Source: Candidatus Poribacteria bacterium (GTDB lineage: Bacteria; Poribacteria; WGA-4E; WGA-3G). Taken from it: a stretch of DNA of 64,000 bases. Position 1 is the first letter of the stretch, and every line of letters begins with the position of its first letter. The stretch is taken from the NCBI GenBank assembly GCA_963663765.2, contig CAXXUA010000003.1, positions 448,001 through 512,000 on the forward strand, read 5' to 3'. Under the pieces are notes generated by a model. The model was given only the letters and a program-made list of their open reading frames with translations, searched no databases and had not been told where the DNA came from. Below, in pieces: positions 56,372 to 64,000 of this stretch. The position numbers were made by a program, and so were the translations under genes.

Positions 56372-56869
56372 TTATAGCAGGGAAGGGACGGCAAATAAGC
56401 ATGATGTTCCCTTAAGTGCGGATTTTATGCGCTGGGATCGCATTGTTTTTTGATATGTTTCTGTGTAGAGTTTGATATATTCAGGTGATTTTCCGATCAA
56501 TCGTTCTGGTGGTGGTGTGTTGTTTTGGTTGTATATCAATAAGTATGTGCTGCAGAGGACGAGTCCTGCGCCGCCGAGGAATCCGTATATGTTTGGGCTG
56601 CCGAAACCGTATCCGCCGGGTGTTTGATTAGTGTCGCTTGTTGTACTTCCGAAGGTGTATGCGGCGAGGATGCCGGTAGTGGCACTGATGATGGGAACGC
56701 ATGCGCCGACAACCATCCATGTGGTTGTATTTATATCGTTTTTTGCGTCGAATTCGGCTTGAGTTATTGCTTTGTGCTTTTGTTGTTGTGCGAACGTTGT
56801 GAGTGGCGTACTACAGAGCAACGCTATCATACATGTAAGGACAATGGACGACAATTGTTGTAATCTCAT
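56372..56869 (-). CDS. Hypothetical exported/membrane protein
   Basis: RBS gagg, signal peptide and two hydrophobic segments. Confidence 0.65.
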   Translation of the reverse strand: MRLQQLSSIVLTCMIALLCSTPLTTFAQQQKHKAITQAEFDAKNDINTTTWMVVGACVPIISATTGILAAYTFGSTTSDTNQTPGGYGFGSPNIYGFLGGAGLVLCSTYLLIYNQNNTPPPERLIGKSPEYIKLYTETYQKTMRSQRIKSALKGTSCLFAVPSLL

Positions 56870-57864
56870 ATATTACCTCTGAGATGTGTCGGATATGATT
56901 TAATGATAGCACAACGCATATTTTGTGGCAAGCATTTAATTTCGGAATAAGTAGTTTTGGATATATAAAAAACTTTTTGAAAATGCTATAAACATAGATA
57001 TAGACTGTATTTATAGCATATTTTATCATGACAAAAATGTCTAATTTGTAGTATAATATTAGAAGTGAAATTGGGAGGCGGTCACCTCCCAATAAATCAG
57101 AAAAGCAATCGGAGTTGCGATGTCTGAATTGTGATCTTTAGGTATGATACAAAAGTTATCTGACAAGTTCAAAACATGATTAAATTACTATAGTTTGGGT
57201 AATTTCCAATCATGAGTTGATAAGAAATTTATTCACTGCTTATGTTACCAAATCAATACACAACGAACAAAACGCAAACCCTCTTTGCTCCATCGGAGCA
57301 ATATGTTTATAGCTACATTGTCAACCGACATCTCCGCTCCAGCGGAGCGGTATGTGATTTCCAACACATAGCACTCCGCTGGAGTGCTATGTGTTCTCCA
57401 GTTTCATAATAATATACGAAACTCGTAGCAAAATAGACGTTCAATTGAATACTCAACTTCTACAAACTGAGAATTGTTCAAACAATAGTAAAATTACACA
57501 ACAAAAAAACGAGAAAAAACCCATTTAGTTGTTTTTTTCAATATTCCGCAAAAATAGAATATTGACATAAACCCATACCACAACAGGATCGAGAATACTT
57601 TTGAAAAAAGGACAATAAACACAAAAAAACAACTAAAAAATTCGTAGATTAGGATAAGGTTCACAACCAGAAACATTCAATTGTTGAAGTTCTTGATGTA
57701 GATTTGGGAAATAATATCTGATAAGAAGCAATCCTGGTCATCTGATAATCCTGAAAACCATGGTTATAACAATTGCAGAAAACTCTACAATTTACAAAAT
57801 AACTTGCATTCTTCTCAAAGATTAGACATAATAATACTGAACCGATTACTAAGGAAGAATTTAT

Positions 57865-58869
57865 ATGATACGTGTCACTTTCCAAACATTGCATGATGAG
57901 TTTTATCGTGTTCTCGCTTCCGTTGGTTTCACCGAAGAACGCGCAAGATTATGTGCAAAGTTGTTTGCCGAAAATCAACGTGATGGCGTATACTCACACG
58001 GACTCAACCGTTTCCCAGGCTTTGTTTCAGGCTTGCAACATAAACAGATAAATATTCAAGCAGTACCAGAAAAAGTAGAAAGTTTTGGTGTGATAGAACG
58101 TTGGGATGGCAAGATGGGTGTGGGACTTGTCAATGCACATCATTCTATGCAACGCGCGATGGAACTTGCCGATTCACACAGCATCGGTTGTGTAGGATTG
58201 TCAAACACAAACCATTGGATGCGCGGCGGTGCTTATGCACTTCAAGCTGCAGAAGCAGGAGATATCGGTATCTGTTGGACAAACACAACCAAACTCATGC
58301 CTCCTTGGGGTTCCGCAGAGAAAAAGATTGGAAACAATCCTTTGGCAATTGCTATACCCTGTGAGAATGGACATATTCTACTGGACATGGCAATGAGCCA
58401 ATATTCAAACGGAAAATTAGAAGTCTTGACACAGCAATCCAAACAACTCCCCCTACCTGGGGGTTATGATACCAAAGGAAATCTTACAGTTGAACCTGCC
58501 GAGATATTGGATTCAAAAAGAGCACTACCAATCGGCTATTGGAAAGGTTCTGGTTTAGCACTCGTACTTGATACAATGGCTGCTGTTATTTCCGGCGGAC
58601 AAGCAACACATCAGATTGCAGAGCAACAATCAGAACATGCTGTATCACAAGTCTATATTGCCATCAACGTTACTGGCATGATGGGTAAAGCAGTATTGAA
58701 TGAAACCGTTGAAGCTATTCTCAATGACTTACATACTGCTACACCATTAGATGAAAACCAGAAGGTGCGATATCCAGGTGAAGGCATGTTGCAGACACGG
58801 ATGGAAAGTGTAGAAAAAGGTGTCCTTGTGGACGAAGCACAGTGGCAGGTGTTGTTGGAAATGAGATGA
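57865..58869 (+). CDS. yiaK: 3-dehydro-L-gulonate 2-dehydrogenase (2,3-diketo-L-gulonate reductase)
   Basis: GVYSHGLNRF, NHWMRGG and LPIGYWKGSG motifs. Confidence 0.9.
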   Translation: MIRVTFQTLHDEFYRVLASVGFTEERARLCAKLFAENQRDGVYSHGLNRFPGFVSGLQHKQINIQAVPEKVESFGVIERWDGKMGVGLVNAHHSMQRAMELADSHSIGCVGLSNTNHWMRGGAYALQAAEAGDIGICWTNTTKLMPPWGSAEKKIGNNPLAIAIPCENGHILLDMAMSQYSNGKLEVLTQQSKQLPLPGGYDTKGNLTVEPAEILDSKRALPIGYWKGSGLALVLDTMAAVISGGQATHQIAEQQSEHAVSQVYIAINVTGMMGKAVLNETVEAILNDLHTATPLDENQKVRYPGEGMLQTRMESVEKGVLVDEAQWQVLLEMR

Positions 58870-58977
58870 GAATAAACAGACTAACCACGGTTCTGCAATC
58901 TGCTAATCCTTTAGTAAACAACAAATTGCTGCAAATGTCCTATGACTGTAAATCAAAAAGATCCCAACGTTTATAAC

Positions 58978-59129
58978 ACCATTTTCATGTGATAATGTCT
59001 CATTAGCACCGGAAATCGGGTAGGAGCGACAACACGGTCGCGACCGGGAGGTCCCTCCTACCGAAGAGAGTAACCCCTGGCAGTAAACAGTATAATTCCT
59101 AAATGAGACAAGATTTATTTGAATTGGTA
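58978..59129. mobile_element. MITE-like element with a REP doublet
   Basis: ccattttcatgtgataatgtctcattagc is shared with ~34682. Confidence 0.55.
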
Positions 59130-59156
59130 TAACTTAACACAGGAGTAACATACTGA

Positions 59157-60005
59157 ATGAAACTTGCATTCTTTGATGATTATAAACTCGGAGTAATAAC
59201 AGAAAACGACATTGTTGACATTAGTGATGCATTAAGTGGTATTTCGTTTCATACACCCCAAGAACTGATTCAGATGGTGATTGAGGATTTTGACAATCTG
59301 CGACCAACAATTATGGATGTAGTTGAAAATAGCAAACCTATTACATTAGACAATGTTACTCTAAAACCGCCACTACCCCGTCCCGGAAAACTCGTGTGTC
59401 TTGCAGGTAATTACATTGAACCGGACAGTCCCTCTCGTGGAGAATTTAATGCTTTCCTAAAATCACCCACCAGTGTCATCTCCACAAAGGAAACAGTTCA
59501 ACTTCCAGAAGCAGATGTCACAGTATTTCATTTTGAACCTGAGTTAGCAATTGTCATCGGAAAAACTGCAAAACATCTCACACAAGAAAATGCACTGGAT
59601 TGTGTTTTTGGTTACACACAATTTATTGATGTTTCTGCACGCGGTTTACCGGGAGGTTTCTTTCTGGGTAAGAGTTGGCACACCTTTGCTCCGATGGGAC
59701 CTGTGTTGATCACCGCAGATGAAATTTCTGACCCTAATGCACTTGATGTACAACTTTGGATAAATGACAGACTTCAGCATGATTTTTCTACTAACTCAAT
59801 GGCACGCTTTGTCCCAGAATTACTTGTGGAAGTGACAAATGTGCTAACATTGGAACCCGGGGATGTCGTCTCTACAGGCACACATCACGAAGCACTCACT
59901 GCTATTGGAGATGGAGATACAGTGCGATTGACAATTGAAGGTTTTGGACCAGAATTAATCGTTGAAGTCCATGATCCGTTAAAACGGACAACTTGGCGCG
60001 GTTAA
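59157..60005 (+). CDS. Fumarylacetoacetate hydrolase family protein
   Basis: FEPELAIVIGK, DVSAR, GKSW.TFAPMGP and LEPGDVVSTGT motifs. Confidence 0.92.
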   Translation: MKLAFFDDYKLGVITENDIVDISDALSGISFHTPQELIQMVIEDFDNLRPTIMDVVENSKPITLDNVTLKPPLPRPGKLVCLAGNYIEPDSPSRGEFNAFLKSPTSVISTKETVQLPEADVTVFHFEPELAIVIGKTAKHLTQENALDCVFGYTQFIDVSARGLPGGFFLGKSWHTFAPMGPVLITADEISDPNALDVQLWINDRLQHDFSTNSMARFVPELLVEVTNVLTLEPGDVVSTGTHHEALTAIGDGDTVRLTIEGFGPELIVEVHDPLKRTTWRG

Positions 60006-60014
60006 GAAAAAAGA

Positions 60015-60044
60015 TTGACAACCACATCGTTTTGCATGTATAAT
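60015..60044 (+). promoter_or_regulatory. Consensus sigma70 promoter
   Basis: TTGACA-18-TATAAT. Confidence 0.75.
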
Positions 60045-60178
60045 TTAGATTAATTGGGGATTTAGGACGAAGTTTGCATGCCTTCATTTCAACTTGGAAT
60101 GCGATGTCCAATACTAAAAGAAACAATCTTATACTAAGACAAAACCAACACGTTCTTGATGATAAGGAGAAGCGATTG

Positions 60179-61123
60179 ATGAATAGACACAGAAATATAG
60201 CCATGTATGCTATCTTTGCATTTATCTGTGTATGGATGGTAGGATGCGGCGGCTGTAATCCGGAACCGGAACCTATAAATATGGATCCTACGGAGGGATC
60301 AGAAGATGGTGGCACCACTGTCAGAATCACAGGTGATAAATTTGATATGAAAAACGGAGTAACCGTAACGTTTGGTGGACAACAAGGTGAAAACCCTGTC
60401 GTAACAAGCAAGACGGAAGTGACAGTCGTAACACCTTCTGGGAATGCAGGGGAATCTGTGGAAGTTGTTATTACCAATAATGGAAAACCTGATGTTTCTG
60501 TTCCCCTAACGCAGAAGTTTACCTACACCGATACGACACCCCCCACAGTAACTGCCACAGATCCTGTAGATGCAACAGAATTCTCTGAATACGAAGATTC
60601 TTTGAATGTCAAAGATAGTTTATCGGTTACCTTCAGTGAAGAAATAAATCCAGATAGTGTTATGATTGAAGTTGCAATTGCAAAAACAGAGGACTCTCTC
60701 AGTGAACCCACAGAAACGATGTTAGCTGGCAATGTAAGTGGTAGCGGTGATACTTTCATATTTACTACCGCTGAGGATGGGATGCCTATGCGTGCTGGAC
60801 GTATGTATACGGTTACTGTATCTGGTGCCAAGGATATGGCAGGAAATCCTCTGGCGAACGCACACAGTTTCAGTTTTACGATTACAAGTCCAGAACTGGT
60901 TGACAAATACTATTTCGTGACAGAGGAAGATATACAGGAAGTAAACGGCGAAGAAGCCCTGAAGAATATCGCCTCTCGACCTGAAGTATATGACAATGCT
61001 GAGTTGTGGAAACGAATCGTTGAAGCAAATCAGTATCAAGAAGATTATATCTTTGACCGAACGAAACTTAGTACTGGACAACGTTTATTTATAGCACGTG
61101 GTCCTGCTTGGGGTGATAAATAA
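60179..61123 (+). CDS. Lipoprotein with IPT/TIG, Ig-like and LysM-like domains
   Basis: Lipobox-like VGC, GGTTVRITG, DTTPPTV...FSE...KDMAGNPL and L..IA...VY....W.RI.EAN. Confidence 0.8.
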   Translation: MNRHRNIAMYAIFAFICVWMVGCGGCNPEPEPINMDPTEGSEDGGTTVRITGDKFDMKNGVTVTFGGQQGENPVVTSKTEVTVVTPSGNAGESVEVVITNNGKPDVSVPLTQKFTYTDTTPPTVTATDPVDATEFSEYEDSLNVKDSLSVTFSEEINPDSVMIEVAIAKTEDSLSEPTETMLAGNVSGSGDTFIFTTAEDGMPMRAGRMYTVTVSGAKDMAGNPLANAHSFSFTITSPELVDKYYFVTEEDIQEVNGEEALKNIASRPEVYDNAELWKRIVEANQYQEDYIFDRTKLSTGQRLFIARGPAWGDK

Positions 61124-61327
61124 CCTACATCTAAAAAATCCTTACTCATTAAGGAATTCAACTGTGATTGCTTGTTGGAGTTTCTTTATTCAGTAGGTTG
61201 GGCTTCAGTAGGTTGGGGAATGCCTAAATGACACAATCATACCGTTGATTTGACCTCCTTGTAGCGAACCAGAAGGTCGCTTCTACTTGTTTCTCCACAT
61301 CTATGGTGAAACCTATATCTTATCAAA

Positions 61328-61379
61328 ATCAACATACAAAAAAGCCGTGTTACACAACACGGCTTTTTTGTATGTTGAT
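61328..61379. terminator. Bidirectional terminator hairpin
   Basis: 24-bp perfect stem atcaacatacaaaaaagccgtgtt between convergent genes. Confidence 0.75.
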
Positions 61380-61709
61380 GGTTTTGAAACCAAAGGTCAC
61401 CCTGTTTCCTTACCATCTTTATTAAGTGAGATGATATACCATCTCTAATTTGTAGTAAAACATTTAATTAATGGGGCACTCTTGTAGCGTAAACTTTTAG
61501 TTTGCGTTCTTATGACACAATAATTAAATGTTTGTGCTACAACTCCCGTGGTCGTCACCAAGAATTCACTCTTACAGAAGAATGAGATCGCAATAAACAT
61601 GTGGATTGACAAACCAATGGTTGTTAACAATCCGCATTTAAATATTGTACTTGATTATTGACTGTTGGTGTATGCATCACCACCGTTTGCCAAGCCATCC
61701 TCGGAAGGG

Positions 61710-62177
61710 TTACTCGGAAGGGTTGAGAGATACGAAAACACGATTGCCAGTTGGTGCTTTTTCATGGCAACCATCACAACCTGCTGCAGTGTTTGCATCA
61801 ACTTCGTTACCATCTACCCCATAGATCCATCCGCCATGCTCAGCATACATCTGGTCGTCGGTTTTTGTCATTGATACAGCCACCATAACAGCCGTATTGT
61901 CATCATTCATGACTTCCTTGACTATCTTTGAGCCAGCGAGATACGCTGTGCCATCGTTGTTCGCCATTGCAGCAGATTCATTGAAATATACGGTTCGAGG
62001 ATTTTCACCGTGTCCAGGACCTTCGGCTTCTTCAAGCACCCTATGTGCCCATGAAGTGTGTTCATCCATTTCTGGATCCGGCATTACCATATTTAGATCT
62101 CCCTGCATACGTTCACAAGCTGTGAATGCAATACAACTGATTAGTATGGCAATCATGATTATCTGAATTTTTAGCAT
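61710..62177 (-). CDS. Cytochrome P460-like c-type heme lipoprotein
   Basis: Lipobox TAC, GSKIVKE, GGWIYG and C-terminal CDGCH. Confidence 0.75.
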   Translation of the reverse strand: MLKIQIIMIAILISCIAFTACERMQGDLNMVMPDPEMDEHTSWAHRVLEEAEGPGHGENPRTVYFNESAAMANNDGTAYLAGSKIVKEVMNDDNTAVMVAVSMTKTDDQMYAEHGGWIYGVDGNEVDANTAAGCDGCHEKAPTGNRVFVSLNPSE

Positions 62178-62552
62178 TATAATGCTCCTTATCTAAAGAG
62201 TTCTTAAGAAAATTGAAGAAGAGCAGCAAATAAATTTTGTAAGGCTTTAATTGAATAAAGTCTATTGAACTTAACTGACTATTCTTCAGAATTATGTACT
62301 ACATTATCTATTCTTAATGTTATCACAAATACAATCTTTTTACAAGTAATTTAATTCTTGAAATGATTTTACTTCCGAATATTTTGAATTGATGCTATAT
62401 ACATTTCCTATTAATTTGCTTCCTGAACGTAATGTTTTAGAGATTAATACCACCCGTCTCATGTCTGGTATTAGTGGTTTCTAACCCCAATTTACCAAAC
62501 ATGTGAACCAGTGAATTTTGACAATATCGCATTTATGAGATATGCTGTTTTA

Positions 62553-64000
62553 TTACTTAGAAGTCTTTAAGATTTCTGAATGAACCTTTTGAATATAAGC
62601 ATGTTTCGGTGCTTGTGAAATTGCTTTTTTTATTTCACGCCGTGCGTCATCAAAGTATTTCTGTCTAAAGTACACAAGTGCAAGCGTTGCAATATGTACG
62701 GGACGATTATCGCTTGCTACAGCAGATTTTGCAAGAGTAAGTGCCTCGTCAAGTAATCTGTTTTCCGTTGCAAGTAGTGATGCTAAAGCATCTTTTGGAT
62801 AAGGAACATTGGGAGCAAGTTTAATAGCGTGTCGGAAATCGGTTTCAGCTTTGCGTGACTCACCCCTTTTTTGATATACTAACCCGCGCCACCAATAGCC
62901 TGGTGCCCATGCAGGTTGACGATGTATCCCCATCGTATAAGCTTTTTCGGCACCATTGAGATCTCCTAACATCTGTCGTAGATTTGCAAGTTGAGAATAT
63001 GTATCCATAAAATCTGGTTCATTTCTAATGAGTTTCATGTAGTTTGACTCTGCTTCAGCATTGTTTCCAAGTTTTGCTGCGATTATACCCAAACGTAACA
63101 GGGCTTGTCGTGATTTTGGAGCTAACTGAAGTACACGTTTATATGTCTTTTTTGCGGATGCCAATTCTCCCATTTGCATCTGTACAAATGCGTAATCCTC
63201 TATTGCTGGAACATAATTTGCATCAGTTTGCATAGCTTTTTGTAGTAGTTGAAGTGCTTGTGGTCCTTGCTGTTTCTGAATAAATTGTTGTGCCTGCTGA
63301 TGATAAGTTTGTGCTAATGTCTTTCTGTATTGGGTGAGTACTTTTTCTTTATTCTCTTTTTCTCCGAGGTGTTGAAGTACATCTGCAAGAGATTTGTAAA
63401 ATATTGGTTCGTACGATTTTAATTGAATTGCTTGTTCATAGAATTGTCGTGCAGTCGTGTATTGAACTCGTCTTTCCGCTACTTTACCTCTTCCATAGGC
63501 AGCACTCGCAAGGGTTTTATCTAATGTGAGTGCATGACGGAAGACTGCATCTGCTTCGTCAGCACGGTTGAGTTTTAGTAAGACATGCCCAAGGTTGTTA
63601 TACGCGGTTATAGTGTCAGGATAAGATTTTACAGCATCAATATAGTATCGGCGTGCTTTTTCCAAATTATTGCGTTTGGTTGCAATCTGTCCTAATTCAA
63701 TATACCATGCAACAGGTATATTTTCTTGCGTTCTGTTAATAGCTTTCTGAAACCACTCGTTAGCTGCATCCAATTGTTTGTTACGATGGTAAGCAGTTGC
63801 GATTTTGGCTTGTACAGTTGGTTCAATGACAACGCGGTTTGCATGTGGTATATCGGACACAAGCTGCAGTGCATGTTTATATGCATTAATTGCATTTGTA
63901 AAATCTTCTAACTTTGCAAGAGAATCCCCCTGTCCAATATGTCCGATAAGAAGTCTTGGTTCGTTTTTAGCAATAATCTGATACTGACGAAGGGCATCAG
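62553..64000 (-). CDS. TPR repeat protein (5' end beyond the window)
   Basis: Multiple TPR motifs. The frame stays open to the window end. Confidence 0.9.
   Translation of the reverse strand, partial: DALRQYQIIAKNEPRLLIGHIGQGDSLAKLEDFTNAINAYKHALQLVSDIPHANRVVIEPTVQAKIATAYHRNKQLDAANEWFQKAINRTQENIPVAWYIELGQIATKRNNLEKARRYYIDAVKSYPDTITAYNNLGHVLLKLNRADEADAVFRHALTLDKTLASAAYGRGKVAERRVQYTTARQFYEQAIQLKSYEPIFYKSLADVLQHLGEKENKEKVLTQYRKTLAQTYHQQAQQFIQKQQGPQALQLLQKAMQTDANYVPAIEDYAFVQMQMGELASAKKTYKRVLQLAPKSRQALLRLGIIAAKLGNNAEAESNYMKLIRNEPDFMDTYSQLANLRQMLGDLNGAEKAYTMGIHRQPAWAPGYWWRGLVYQKRGESRKAETDFRHAIKLAPNVPYPKDALASLLATENRLLDEALTLAKSAVASDNRPVHIATLALVYFRQKYFDDARREIKKAISQAPKHAYIQKVHSEILKTSK

Larger units (their letters stand above)
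55434..57541. repeat. Permuted duplication A(55434-55812) B(55816-56031) ... B'(56946-57160) A'(57158-57541)
   Basis: Direct sequence comparison. Block A contains a MITE with tactatagtttggacaatt ends. Confidence 0.8.

Overview
Bacterial chromosomal window. The WD40 proteins, ECF-sigma/WD40 fusion, sulfatases, PhyH and TPR proteins resemble Candidatus Poribacteria, a sponge symbiont (inference from gene content only). It holds two Type I restriction-modification islands. Island 1 (571-18934) has hsdM with one nonsense codon, hsdS and hsdR, interspersed with an IS-disrupted ATPase, a 9-unit REP array, a polyvalent-protein (ddrB-like ParB) remnant, toxin-antitoxin (TA) remnants, a TIR protein and two rpn copies. 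Island 2 (36851-47065) has hsdM, two tandem TA+hsdS cassettes and hsdR. Metabolic genes include an aap-type ABC transporter, SDR, PhyH, two sulfatases, an archaeal-type pantoate kinase, PfkB, tgt, yiaK and FAH. Intergenic DNA is packed with nested mobile elements: ISKra4, IS701 and ISAs1 elements, MITEs using their ends and carrying REP cores, and a ~35-bp hairpin mini-element inserted into REPs. Top leads are an overprinted gene hidden in the polyvalent-protein linker, cassettes bounded by a duplicated hsdM 3' end in both RM loci, an orphan RpnS-type antitoxin, the REP-targeting mini-element, and a MITE whose core is flipped between copies. Family assignments come from motif recognition by eye; no database search was run.
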